A stretch of DNA of 64,000 bases from Candidatus Geohabitans tengchongensis (GCA_031459625.1 JAVKIH010000006.1:30972-94971), one strand, 5' to 3'; numbered from the stretch's first letter, positions 1 to 9,319 are shown. The notes: generated by a model not told the origin, from the letters alone. Numbers and translations: made by a program.

Positions 1-7
1 GGCCGGG

Positions 8-754
8 GTGCGACCGCGCGGGGTCGTCGCGCCGCACATCGACCTGCCCCGCGGCGGGTGGTGCTATGCCTGGGCGCACCGGGCGCTGGCCCAGGATCCC
101 CCGGAGACGGTCGTCGTCCTGGGAGTGGCCCATGGCGGCGCACCGGTGCCCTTCGTCCTGACGGCCAAGCCCTACGCCACGCCGCTGGGCCCCGTGCGGG
201 TGGACGAGGCCGCCGTGGCCTTCCTCAGCGATCGCCTCGACGGCCTCCTCCACTATGAGGAGGCCCACCGGGCCGAGCACTCCATCGAGTTTCAGGCGCT
301 CTTCCTGCGGCACCTGTACGGCGAGGCCGTAGGGATCGTCCCGCTCCTCTGTGCGCTCCCCGGCGCGGCGGCACGTCCTCCCGACGAGACGGACGGGCTG
401 GTGGAGGCCCTGCGCGCCTACCGGGGCGGCGGCCGGAAGGTGGCGCTGCTGGCCAGCGTGGACTTCAGCCACGTGGGACCCCGCTTCGGGGACGGCGAGC
501 CGGTGGACGCGGCGCTGGCCGCGCGAACGTCGGTACGGGACCGGGAGGTGCTGGAGCGGGTCCTGGCCGGGGACGCGGAGGGGTTCTGGCAGGCGGTGAT
601 GGAGGACGGCAACCGGCAGCGGATCGACGCGGCTCTGCCGGTCTACGTGCTCCTGCGGGTCCTGGCGCCGACGCGCGGACGGCTGCTCAGGTACGGCCAG
701 GCTCCCGACCCGGCCGGAGGGCTGGTCTCCTTCGCCAGCATCGTGCTGGAGTGA
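8..754 (+). CDS. AmmeMemoRadiSam system protein B (MEMO1 family); probably 5'-truncated by the window edge
   Basis: Motifs GVVAPHID, VLGVAH, TPLG, EHSIEFQALFL, ASVDFSHVG typical of the MEMO/AmmeMemoRadiSam B family. Confidence 0.85.
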   Translation: MRPRGVVAPHIDLPRGGWCYAWAHRALAQDPPETVVVLGVAHGGAPVPFVLTAKPYATPLGPVRVDEAAVAFLSDRLDGLLHYEEAHRAEHSIEFQALFLRHLYGEAVGIVPLLCALPGAAARPPDETDGLVEALRAYRGGGRKVALLASVDFSHVGPRFGDGEPVDAALAARTSVRDREVLERVLAGDAEGFWQAVMEDGNRQRIDAALPVYVLLRVLAPTRGRLLRYGQAPDPAGGLVSFASIVLE

Positions 755-772
755 CGCCCTGCCCAGGGGATG

Positions 773-1195
773 TCAGCCGACTGTGGGAGGCGTGCGGTCC
801 TGTGGGTGGTGGAGGGGGAGCGTCCGCAGCGGGCAGAAGTGGGTGAGCCACATCTTCTGCTCCCGGGCCCAGTTCGCCCAGGCGGTCTCGCCGAGGTGGG
901 CCCGGCGGGCGGCCGACTCGATGCGCAGGTCGCCTCCCCCGGTCTGCGCGGCTAGCTGGACCAGGAGGAGGCAGGGGAAGTCGGGGCAGGTGCCGCAGTG
1001 GGCCACCTGCCGCTCGCGGGCGCAGGCGTACACCGGGCACACCTTCCCCAGGTCGACCTGGCCCTGCGTGCCGCAGGTCACCTCCAGGGTCTCGTACCAG
1101 GCGCTTCCTTCCCAGTAGAGGCCGCAAACCCCCGCGAAATCCGCCGGGGTTCCCTTCCGCGGCGGCGTCGGCACCACCGGAGCCTGCCTGTTCAC
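773..1195 (-). CDS. DUF3795-like Cys-rich protein
   Basis: GVCGLY...C...CPVYACA...HCGTCPDFPC pattern; GAGAGGG RBS 7 nt before GTG. Confidence 0.7.
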   Translation of the reverse strand: MNRQAPVVPTPPRKGTPADFAGVCGLYWEGSAWYETLEVTCGTQGQVDLGKVCPVYACARERQVAHCGTCPDFPCLLLVQLAAQTGGGDLRIESAARRAHLGETAWANWAREQKMWLTHFCPLRTLPLHHPQDRTPPTVG

Positions 1196-1444
1196 CGTCG
1201 GACCCTCTCACCGGATACCGTGGCACAGGTGACCGGGCCTGGCTATCGGGCCGACAGAGTATTCCGCAGGCCCAGGAGCTTGCCGGCCAGTGAGAGGGGG
1301 CGGCGCACCCGCCCCATCGGCCACCCGGCCGGCTCCCGTCGGTCTCCCGCCGGATCAGGGCGCTCGGGCAGGCAGTCCGGCGAAATCAGGTCCGGGTCCG
1401 ATGAACAGCGCTGTCGGCTTGCGGCTACGGTGAGGTGGGGCTCA

Positions 1445-1475
1445 TTGAATTATACCCTAGGGGGTATGGTATAAT
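1445..1475 (+). promoter_or_regulatory. sigma70-type promoter (TTGAAT-19 nt-TATAAT, extended -10 TG) containing CsoR-type operator ATACCC-TAGG-GGGTAT (1452-1467)
   Basis: AT-rich island in GC-rich DNA; perfect 6-bp inverted repeat around a G/C tract, the CsoR-family operator architecture. Confidence 0.8.
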
Positions 1476-1517
1476 GGCGCCGAAAGCGAAAGGGACTCCG
1501 TGGGGAGGTGAGGGGTC

Positions 1518-1988
1518 ATGGCGCTGGTGAAGAGCCGAAAGGCAGGTCGATGGTGGGATCCCTGGCGGGAGATCGACCAGCTGCGCCGGGAGCTGGACCG
1601 GCTCTGGGGGATGGACCGGTGGTTCGACCGGACACCGGGGCGCGGCGACGAGACCGGGCTCCTGCCCGCCGTGGACCTCTACGACGCAGGGGACCAGCTC
1701 GTGGCCAAGGTAGACCTGCCCGGCGTGGCGCCCGGGGATGTGGAGGTGACGGTGGAGCAGGGCCGGCTGCTCACCGTCCGGGCGGCCCGCCCGGTCGAGG
1801 AGGTCAAGGAGGACGCCTACCTGTGGTGCGAGCGGCCCGCCGGGCGGTTCGTCCGGACCATCGAGCTGCCCGTGGACGTGGACGTCGAGCAGGTGAAGGC
1901 CACGCTGGCCAACGGCGTCCTGCAGGTAGTGCTGCCCAAGAGCACGACGGCGGCCCCCAGGCGGGTGGCCGTCACAGTGGAGCGGTAG
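1518..1988 (+). CDS. Hsp20/alpha-crystallin small heat shock protein
   Basis: PAVDLYD, VDLPGV, ERPAGRFVRTIELP, ATLANGVLQVVLPK. Confidence 0.95.
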   Translation: MALVKSRKAGRWWDPWREIDQLRRELDRLWGMDRWFDRTPGRGDETGLLPAVDLYDAGDQLVAKVDLPGVAPGDVEVTVEQGRLLTVRAARPVEEVKEDAYLWCERPAGRFVRTIELPVDVDVEQVKATLANGVLQVVLPKSTTAAPRRVAVTVER

Positions 1989-2000
1989 GAGGCGAGGCCC

Positions 2001-2210
2001 ATGCGTGGGTGCGTCGGGAGGACAGATCGCATCATCCGTGTGCTCCTCGGACTGGTGGCGCTGGGGGTCGGGCTGCGGGTAGCCGGGCCCTGGAGCGCCC
2101 TCTTCTACGCGCTGGCGCTCGTCGGGCTGGTCACCGGGGTCGCGGGGCGGTGCCCGCTGTACGCCCTCCTGGGCCTCCAGACCTGCTCGGCGTCACCGCG
2201 GAAGTCGTAA
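2001..2210 (+). CDS. DUF2892 (YgaP-like) small membrane protein
   Basis: VGRTDRIIR...two hydrophobic helices...GRCPLYALLGLQTC; GGAGG RBS. Confidence 0.85.
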   Translation: MRGCVGRTDRIIRVLLGLVALGVGLRVAGPWSALFYALALVGLVTGVAGRCPLYALLGLQTCSASPRKS

Positions 2211-2275
2211 TCCGCAGGGCGGGGGGGCGGCCGGCGGTGCCCGCCGTCCCCCGGACACCCGCTGGGAGGACGGCG

Positions 2276-2746
2276 ATGGCTCAGGTGCGCGTGGAGACTG
2301 AGGACCGCCTGCAGGCGCAGGTGCGCCTGGCTCAGGAAGACCGGTACCGGTTCAGCGTGGCCATGGACCACCCGGCCTGGCGGCTCACCGTGGACGAAGC
2401 CCCACCCCTCGGTACCGGGGCCGGCCCCAACCCGGCTCGCCCTGTGGCGACGGCCGTAGGTCACTGCCTGGCCAGTAGCCTCCAGCACTGCCTGGAGCGG
2501 GCCCGGGTCGAGGGAGCCCGGCTGGCCGTTACGGTCGATGTCGACATCCGCCGGAACGCGCGGGGGCGGTGGCGGATTGGCCGCATCCTGGCGGGGCTGG
2601 ACATCAGCGGGGTATCCCCCGCGCAGCGGGCAGCGGTGGAGCGCTGCCGCCATCTATTCGAAGAGTTCTGCATCGTGACGGCGAGCGTCCGCCAGGGGAT
2701 TCCGGTGGACGTGGCCGTCCGGGTGGATGGCGTCGAGATGGCATGA
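2276..2746 (+). CDS. OsmC-family protein
   Basis: DEAPPLGTGAGPNP, AVGHCLASSL, second Cys in FEEFCIVTASVRQGIPV; ATG 2276 after GGAGG. Confidence 0.85.
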   Translation: MAQVRVETEDRLQAQVRLAQEDRYRFSVAMDHPAWRLTVDEAPPLGTGAGPNPARPVATAVGHCLASSLQHCLERARVEGARLAVTVDVDIRRNARGRWRIGRILAGLDISGVSPAQRAAVERCRHLFEEFCIVTASVRQGIPVDVAVRVDGVEMA

Positions 2747-3162
2747 TCTCCACGGTCCTGCTCGCCACCGACGGATCGGTCCACGCCCGGCGGGCGACCC
2801 GGTTGGCCGCCGATGTGGCCCGACGGTACGATGCCCGCGTCGTCGTGCTGACGGCCTTCGAGCCTGTGCCGCACGACCTGGGGTCTCCCTACCTCGAGGA
2901 CCTCATGGCGAAGCGCACGGCGGCGGCCGAGGCGGTGGCCCGCGAGGCGGCGGGAATCCTGGAGGAGGCCGGGGTGGCCCACGAGGTGGAGGTCCTGGAG
3001 GGGCCCCCGGTCGACGCCATCCTCCGAGTCGCCCATGCCCGCGGGTGCGACCTCATCGTCATGGGCTCGCGGGGACTCGGCCCGCTGCGGGCCGCCCTCC
3101 TAGGGTCCGTGAGCCAGCGGGTGGCGGCGGAGGCTCCCTGCCCGGTCCTCATCGTGCGCTGA
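2743..3162 (+). CDS. Universal stress protein (UspA family)
   Basis: VLLATDGS; DLIVMGSRG...LLGSVSQRV...CPVLIVR; ATGA overlap with upstream gene. Confidence 0.93.
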   Translation: MISTVLLATDGSVHARRATRLAADVARRYDARVVVLTAFEPVPHDLGSPYLEDLMAKRTAAAEAVAREAAGILEEAGVAHEVEVLEGPPVDAILRVAHARGCDLIVMGSRGLGPLRAALLGSVSQRVAAEAPCPVLIVR

Positions 3163-3241
3163 CCCGAATGCCCGCGGACGGGAGCCCGGGCGGCCGAGCG
3201 GGCGCCCCGCGGAGGGCCGGACACCGCCCCACGTGACGGTG

Positions 3242-3526
3242 CTACCGAAGCATGAGGAAGGTGCGCTGCAGCTTGCGCAGGGCGCTCTGAGCCTGGGGCT
3301 TGCCCTCCACCTCCATGCGGAGGCACTGCTCCAGTCCGGCCGCGATCAGGTCGATGGCCACCCGGTCCAGAGCGGCCCGGGTGGCTGCCACCTGCTGGGC
3401 GATCTCCGTGCAGTCCCGCCCTTCCTGGAGCATCCGCTGCAAGCCGCGGATCTGGCCTTCGATGCGGCGCAGGCGCGCCGCCACAGGCGCAGTGACCTCT
3501 TCGCCAAGCCGCAGGGGCGCCGCCAT
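3242..3526 (-). CDS. CsoR/RcnR-family transcriptional repressor (His-less, CstR-like fingerprint)
   Basis: RLRRIEGQIRGLQRM...RDCTEIAQQVAA...GLEQCL; GGAGG RBS before ATG 3526. Confidence 0.9.
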   Translation of the reverse strand: MAAPLRLGEEVTAPVAARLRRIEGQIRGLQRMLQEGRDCTEIAQQVAATRAALDRVAIDLIAAGLEQCLRMEVEGKPQAQSALRKLQRTFLMLR

Positions 3527-3612
3527 GACCCCTCCTTCCATGGCTTTATACACTACCCGGTAAAGTACATTGCCACTCCGCCGGATCCGCGTCAACGACG
3601 CGGGCACCGCGA

Positions 3613-4371
3613 CTACTGCAGGACGTTCTGCAGCAGCATCATCACCAGGAAGCCGCCGATGACCGCCGCCGCCGCATTCCCCCGGCCGCTGTGCTCGGCG
3701 GCCTCGGGGATCATCTCGTTGGCGACCAGGAACCCCATGGCGCCGGCGGCGAGGCCGAACCCCAGAGGGACGAGCGGCCGGAAGATGGCCACGGCCAGGG
3801 CGGCGGGAACCGCCAGCAGCGGCTGGGGGAGGCTGGTGAAGATCGACCACCCGACGCAGGCCCATCCCGAGAACCCCTCGGCCCGCAACGGCAGCGACAC
3901 CGCCAGGCCCTCGGGGATGTTGTGGATGGCGATGGCGATGGTCAGCAGGACGGCCAGCGTCAGCACACCCGATCCGAACCCGACCCCGACGGCGATCCCT
4001 TCGGAGATGCTGTGCACGGTCATGCTCCCGATGAGGAGGACCACGCGGCGGGCCGGAGCGCCCCGCAGGTGGAAGAAGTTCAGGCCGTGGTGCCCCATCC
4101 GGCGGTCGGCCAGCCAGAAGGCGAAGGCCCCGAGGGCGATGCCCAGGGCCACCACGTTGTAGCCGGCCATCTGGACGCCGGCGAAGACCAGGTTGAAGAC
4201 GGAGGCGGAGAGCATCATCCCGCCGCTGAACCCCCAGGCCAGGCCCAGCAGCGCCTGCGGCAGACGGGTGACGAACAGGAAGGGGACGCCGCCGAGCCCG
4301 GTGGCCAGCGCCGTGGCCAGCGCTCCCCCGAAGGTGATCAGGGCCAGTCGGGCTGCCGAGGCTTCAGCCAC
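3613..4371 (-). CDS. ZIP-family (ZupT/GufA) metal transporter
   Basis: GGMMLSAS, VHSISEG, IAIHNIPEGLAV, EMIPEA; multiple TM helices. Confidence 0.92.
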   Translation of the reverse strand: MAEASAARLALITFGGALATALATGLGGVPFLFVTRLPQALLGLAWGFSGGMMLSASVFNLVFAGVQMAGYNVVALGIALGAFAFWLADRRMGHHGLNFFHLRGAPARRVVLLIGSMTVHSISEGIAVGVGFGSGVLTLAVLLTIAIAIHNIPEGLAVSLPLRAEGFSGWACVGWSIFTSLPQPLLAVPAALAVAIFRPLVPLGFGLAAGAMGFLVANEMIPEAAEHSGRGNAAAAVIGGFLVMMLLQNVLQ

Positions 4372-5170
4372 CGGCCGAGGCCGCCCCGTCGGTCCAGCGC
4401 GCCGCTCCCAACCGCACGGGGATCCGCCGCAGCAGGGTCACTCGCCGGGGCGTGACCCGGCAGGCGTACGCGTAGAACCGGACGCCCCGGGCAGCGGCCC
4501 GTTGCGCGGCCCGGGCGAAGTCGGGGTCCGCCGCGGCGAAGGGACGCAGGGCTCGCGCGTCGCTCCGCTGGACGATCCAGACCACGGCGGCCCTCCCGCC
4601 GCGTTGCGCCACCCGGGCCAGGTCCTCCAGGTGGCGGGCCCCCCGGGCCGTGGGGGCATCGGGGAAGAGGGCCACGGCGCCGTCCACGCGGTTGCAGGAC
4701 TTGGTCTCCACCAGACAGACGCCGTCGCGCCCCATGAGGAGGAAGTCCACCCGCCCGCGGCCGAGCGGAGCTTCCGGCCTCCAGCGGACGTAGTGCCGGA
4801 ACGCAGGCAGGGTACCTGCGCGCATGGCGGCCTCGAAGAGACGGTTGGGCAGGCGCGCGTCCACGCCGACCCAGCGCCGCCGGTAGCGCACCAGGAGCAG
4901 AGTGCCGGCCGTGCGCCGGCGCGGGCGGCCGCGCTGCAGGAGCGCCAGACCGCGGGTCCCGGGGCGAAGCAGTTCGGTCATGCGCCCTGAGTTGGGCAGG
5001 TGGAGTCGCAGGACGGTCTTCCCGCCCTCGGGCCGGACCGCCACCGCGAAACGGTTCAGCCGACGGACCACCACCACGGGGACGAGCGGCCGGGGCAGCG
5101 GGACCCAGGGGTGTCCGGGCGGGCGTACCGACCGCAACTGGGTCCGGACCCAGTTGCGAACGGTACTCAT
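4364..5170 (-). CDS. sfsA: DNA/RNA nuclease SfsA (sugar fermentation stimulation protein)
   Basis: RLNRF, HLPNSGRMTELL, RVDF, VETKS, FPDAPTARGARHL; start moved to ATG 5170 to avoid tRNA overlap. Confidence 0.9.
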   Translation of the reverse strand: MSTVRNWVRTQLRSVRPPGHPWVPLPRPLVPVVVVRRLNRFAVAVRPEGGKTVLRLHLPNSGRMTELLRPGTRGLALLQRGRPRRRTAGTLLLVRYRRRWVGVDARLPNRLFEAAMRAGTLPAFRHYVRWRPEAPLGRGRVDFLLMGRDGVCLVETKSCNRVDGAVALFPDAPTARGARHLEDLARVAQRGGRAAVVWIVQRSDARALRPFAAADPDFARAAQRAAARGVRFYAYACRVTPRRVTLLRRIPVRLGAARWTDGAASAGG

Positions 5171-5233
5171 CCTCACCTGAAGGGCGCCCTTCCCGTCTCG
5201 ACCGGCATCAGCCTCGCGCGCCACCCGGGACCC

Positions 5234-5323
5234 TGGCGGAGGGGGTGGGATTTGAACCCACAAGGGCCGCGGGGCCCGGCGGTTTTCGAGACCGCTCCGT
5301 TACCGGGTTCCGGACACCCCTCC
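5234..5323 (-). tRNA. tRNA-Ser (anticodon CGA)
   Basis: GGAGGGG/CCCCTCC acceptor stem, GCGGT-CTCGAAA-ACCGC anticodon arm, long variable arm, GGTTCAAATCC T-loop, encoded CCA; upstream extended -10 TGCTATACT (5349-5357). Confidence 0.95.
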
Positions 5324-5387
5324 GCGATGCGCTGGAGTCAACGGTTTCAGTATAGCAGTCCCGCGCCATCGCCGCTCCGGCCGGCCC

Positions 5388-5678
5388 TCAGAGCCCCTCC
5401 ACGATCTTCGTCATCTCCGGCTCGGTGTAGGCGCGGACGGTTTCGGTGCGCGCCGCGCCCTGGGAGCCGACCCACAGGGCGAAGCGGCTCGCCGTCTCGT
5501 CGTCGGGCGCCTCGAAAACCGCCACCGCGTCGAACCGCCCCATCGTCCAGACCAGTTCGCGGAAACGGATCCCCATCCGCTGGCCCTCCGTCCGCACCCG
5601 CTGGGCCCGCTGGATCGTCTCCCGGGCCGCGGCCGCCCCGCGCTCCGTCCAGGTGACGAGCTGCACGTAGGTGGGCAT
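5388..5678 (-). CDS. GYD domain-containing protein
   Basis: MPTYVQLVTWTERG...WTMGRFDAVAVFEAPD...RTETVRAY. Confidence 0.85.
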   Translation of the reverse strand: MPTYVQLVTWTERGAAAARETIQRAQRVRTEGQRMGIRFRELVWTMGRFDAVAVFEAPDDETASRFALWVGSQGAARTETVRAYTEPEMTKIVEGL

Positions 5679-5804
5679 GAACGTGTCCCCCCTCTCACGG
5701 TGAGTTCTCGGTGTGGAGAGCGTTCGGGAGGGGGCGGGGCCGGGCCTGCTGGCCGTCGGCCGGCGCCCGCGCCTCCGGCAGGGCGCCGGTGCTACGATGC
5801 CGGC

Positions 5805-6935
5805 GTGACCGGCCGTTCCGTCGCCGACCGCCAGGTGCCCCTCTGGCGCCGCCACTGGCAGGACGAAGGGGATGCAGCCTACCTCTACGAGCGCCTGGCC
5901 GCCATGGAGCCCGACGCCGAGCGCGCGCGGCTCTACCGGGAACTGGCCGGTGTGGAGGCGCGGCACGTCGGCCGCTGGGCGGACGTGCTCCGCGACGCCG
6001 GCGAGGCGGTCGGCCCTTACCGCCCCAGCCTGCGGGCCCGCTTGCTCCTCCTCCTGGCCCGGCTGGCCGGCCGCGAGGCGCTGCTGGCGCTGCTGCTGGG
6101 CGAGGAGGCCCGGGAGACCAAGGCCTACCTCACCGGGGCGCGCCGGTACGGGCACCCGCAGGCGGTGGCGGCGGCGCGGGAACTGGCCCGCGAGTCAGCC
6201 GCCCACGCCGAGCGCCTGGGCGCCCTGCTCGGCGCCCGGGGCGAGCCCTGGCACCGCACCGCCTCGGGCGGGGTGCTGCGCAACGTCGTCTACGGGTTCA
6301 ATGACGGGCTGACCGCGAACTTCGGGCTGGTCATGGGGGTGCTGGGCGCGGACGTCCCCCATGCCCTGGTCCTCGTCTCGGGGGTGGCGGGGCTCATCGC
6401 CGACGCCCTCTCCATGGGGAGCAGCAGCTACCTGGCGGCGCAGAGCGAACGTGAGGTCTACGAGTACGAGATCGCCCTCGAGCGGGAGGAGCTGCGCCTG
6501 ATGCCCGACGTCGAGGAGGAGGAGCTTTCACTTCTCTACCAGGCCCGCGGGCTGCCGCGCGAGACGGCCGCCGAAGCCGCCCGGCGGGTGATGGGCCGGC
6601 CTGAGCAGGCCCTTGAGGAGAAGACGGTGCTGGAGCTGGGCATCGCCGAGCAGCGTGCCTCGCCGCTGCGGGAGGGGTGGATCACAGGCGTGGCCACCGC
6701 GGTGGGCGCGCTCATCCCGGTGCTCCCGTTCGTCGTCGCGGGCGGCCGCGCGGCGGTGTGGACCTCCTTCGCGGTGAGCATGCTCGCGCACTTCGCCGTG
6801 GGTGCGGCGCGCAGCGTCTTCACCGGCCGGGGAGCGCTGCGCAGCGGGCTGGACATGTTTGCAGTGGGGCTGGGCGTGGCCGTCGTGGGCTACCTGGTCG
6901 GGGAATTGCTGGCGCGCGCCCTCTCCTCCCTCTGA
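5805..6935 (+). CDS. Ferritin-like (rubrerythrin) domain + VIT1/CCC1 membrane transporter fusion
   Basis: N-terminal DE..AAYLY...E.RH...EE...ES..H; C-terminal LRNVVYGFNDGL, ALSMG, EEEL. Confidence 0.85.
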   Translation: MTGRSVADRQVPLWRRHWQDEGDAAYLYERLAAMEPDAERARLYRELAGVEARHVGRWADVLRDAGEAVGPYRPSLRARLLLLLARLAGREALLALLLGEEARETKAYLTGARRYGHPQAVAAARELARESAAHAERLGALLGARGEPWHRTASGGVLRNVVYGFNDGLTANFGLVMGVLGADVPHALVLVSGVAGLIADALSMGSSSYLAAQSEREVYEYEIALEREELRLMPDVEEEELSLLYQARGLPRETAAEAARRVMGRPEQALEEKTVLELGIAEQRASPLREGWITGVATAVGALIPVLPFVVAGGRAAVWTSFAVSMLAHFAVGAARSVFTGRGALRSGLDMFAVGLGVAVVGYLVGELLARALSSL

Positions 6936-6937
6936 GG

Positions 6938-8464
6938 TCAGGAGACCGCGTGCAGCGCCCGCGCGCTCGCCCGCAGCGCCGGGTAGAGCGCCCCGTAGGT
7001 GCGGTAGAGCGCGTCGTACCGTCCGACCCGGCCGCCGTCCGGGACCGTCCGGCCGGTGGGGGCGACGGCCGTCTCGCACGCGGCCTCCACCGAGGAGAAG
7101 AGGCCCGCCCCCACACCGGCCAGCAACGCCGCCCCGTAGGCCGCGCCTTCCGTGGTGGTCACGGTGACCACCTCGACGCCCAGGACGTCCGCCAGGATCT
7201 GCCGCCACAGCGGGCTGCGTGCCCCGCCGCCGGAGGCGCGCACTTCGGCGACGGCCACGCCCATCCCGCGGATGATCTCCAGGGCGTCGCGCAGCCCGAA
7301 GGCCACCCCCTCCAGCACCGCCCGCACCAGGTGGGCGCGGGTGTGGCGCAGCGTCAGGCCCACGAATGCCCCGCGGGCGAAGGGGTCGGCGTGCGGCGTG
7401 CGCTCGCCGGTCAGGTAGGGGAGGAAGAGGAGCCCCTCGGCACCGGGCGGCACCGCGGCCGCCTCCGCCGTCATCTGCTCGTAGGGGTCCGGGGCGTCCC
7501 GGGTCGACCACACGCCCAGCGCGTCGCGCAGCCAGCGCAGCGAGCCGCCCGCCGAGAGCATCACCCCCATGACGTGCCAGCGGCCGGGGACGGCGTGGCA
7601 GAAGGCGTGCACGCGCCCCTGCGGATCGATGCGCGGCGCGTCGAGGTGGGCGAAGACGACGCCGGACGTCCCGATGGTCACGGCGACCAGGCCCTCGCGT
7701 ACGATGCCGGTGCCGACGGCCTGGGCGGCCTGATCGCCCGCTCCGGCCACCACCGGCGTCCCCTCGGCGAGCCCGGTGGCCTCGGCGGCCGCCCGGGTGA
7801 GGCGACCGGTCACCTCGGGTGACTCGTGTACGGTCGGCAGCCACGCCCGCGGGACGTCCAGGGCGGCGAGCATCTCTTCCGACCAGGTGCGCCGCTGCAC
7901 GTCCAGCCAGGTGGTGCCGGACGCGTCGGCCACGTCGGTGGCCAGCACGCCCGACAGCCGGAAGCGCAGGTAGTCCTTCGGCAGCAGGACGTGGGCGATG
8001 CGGCCGTAGACGTCGGGCTCGTGGCGGCGCAGCCAGAGGAGCTTGGGGGCGGTGAAGCCCGTGAGCGCGGGGTTGCCGGTGAGGGCGATGACGCGCTCGG
8101 CACCGACACGCTCGGTGATCCAGGCGCACTCCTCGTGGGTGCGCTGGTCGTTCCAGAGGATCGCCGGGCGCAGGACGCGGCCGCTGGCGTCGAGGGCCAC
8201 GAGGCCGTGCATCTGGCCGGTGAGCCCCACCGCCGCGACCTGCGCCGGCGGCACCGCGGACCGGGCGAGCGCCTCGCGGATCGCCTCGGCCGAGGCCTCC
8301 CACCAGGCGTCGGGGTCCTGCTCCGTCCACCCCGGGCGGGGGACGAGGAGCGGGTACTCCCGCGTCGCCGTGGCCCGCACCGCTCCCGAGGCGTCCACCA
8401 GCACCGCCTTGGCCCCGGTCGTCCCGACGTCGAGGCCCAGCAGGCAGGGCCCGGCGGGGGTCAC
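6938..8464 (-). CDS. xylB: Xylulokinase (FGGY family)
   Basis: [47 protein letters not shown]. Confidence 0.9.
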   Translation of the reverse strand: MTPAGPCLLGLDVGTTGAKAVLVDASGAVRATATREYPLLVPRPGWTEQDPDAWWEASAEAIREALARSAVPPAQVAAVGLTGQMHGLVALDASGRVLRPAILWNDQRTHEECAWITERVGAERVIALTGNPALTGFTAPKLLWLRRHEPDVYGRIAHVLLPKDYLRFRLSGVLATDVADASGTTWLDVQRRTWSEEMLAALDVPRAWLPTVHESPEVTGRLTRAAAEATGLAEGTPVVAGAGDQAAQAVGTGIVREGLVAVTIGTSGVVFAHLDAPRIDPQGRVHAFCHAVPGRWHVMGVMLSAGGSLRWLRDALGVWSTRDAPDPYEQMTAEAAAVPPGAEGLLFLPYLTGERTPHADPFARGAFVGLTLRHTRAHLVRAVLEGVAFGLRDALEIIRGMGVAVAEVRASGGGARSPLWRQILADVLGVEVVTVTTTEGAAYGAALLAGVGAGLFSSVEAACETAVAPTGRTVPDGGRVGRYDALYRTYGALYPALRASARALHAVS

Positions 8465-9297
8465 GCGCGGACTCCCGCGACGATCATCTCCAGGACCTCA
8501 TCCTCGGTGGTTGCCGCCACCGGGCGGGTGCCGACGTGGCGACCCTGCTTGAGCACCGTGATGCGGTCGCCGATCTGGAAGATCTCCTGCAGGCGGTGGC
8601 TGATGAAGATGATCCCCACCCCCTGGTCGCGCAGGCCGCGCACCACCTCCAGCACCTCGCGCGTGGCCGCCGGGGAGAGGTTGGCCGTGGGCTCGTCGAG
8701 GATGAGCACCCGCGGCTCGAAGGAGAGGGCGCGGGCGATGGCCACGCTCTGGCGTCGTCCGCCGGAGAGGGTGGCCACCTCGGCGCGCACCGAGGAGACC
8801 TCCACCCGCAGGCGGCGCAGCACCGCCTCGGCCCGCCGGTCCATGGTGGCGCGGTCCACGAAGGGTCCGCGCCGCGGCCAGCGGCCCAGCCAGATGTTCT
8901 GGGCGACGTCCATGTTGTCGCAGAGCGCGAAGTCCTGGTAGACCATCTCGATGCCCCGCGCCCGCGCCGCGGCGGGACCGTCGAAGCGCACCGGCCGCCC
9001 GTCGAAGAGGATCTCGCCGCTGTCCGCCTGGTAGACGCCGGTGAGGATCTTCATCAGGGTGGACTTGCCGGCGGCGTTGTCGCCCACCAGCCCCAGGACC
9101 TCCCCGGGGAAGAGCGTCAGGTCCACGTCGCGCAGCGCCTGCACCGCGCCGAAGCGCTTGCTGATGCGGCGCATCTCCACCAGCGGCGCGGGGGCGGTCG
9201 CCGCCGTCGCGGGCGCAGGGGCGAACGCAGCGGTCACGATCGGGTCGTCGGCCTCGACCGGCGGGGGCCCGTCCCGCACCGGGCGTGCACGCGGCAC
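8461..9297 (-). CDS. Sugar ABC transporter ATP-binding protein (single NBD)
   Basis: GDNAAGKSTL, LSGGRRQ, ILDEPTA, ISH. Confidence 0.92.
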   Translation of the reverse strand: MPRARPVRDGPPPVEADDPIVTAAFAPAPATAATAPAPLVEMRRISKRFGAVQALRDVDLTLFPGEVLGLVGDNAAGKSTLMKILTGVYQADSGEILFDGRPVRFDGPAAARARGIEMVYQDFALCDNMDVAQNIWLGRWPRRGPFVDRATMDRRAEAVLRRLRVEVSSVRAEVATLSGGRRQSVAIARALSFEPRVLILDEPTANLSPAATREVLEVVRGLRDQGVGIIFISHRLQEIFQIGDRITVLKQGRHVGTRPVAATTEDEVLEMIVAGVRA

Positions 9298-9319
9298 GGG
9301 CGGGCCCCGCCGCCATCCC

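Noticed and set aside
5171..5263. N-terminal extension of SfsA in the ORF track
   Set aside because: It overlaps tRNA-Ser; ATG 5170 is the more plausible start.
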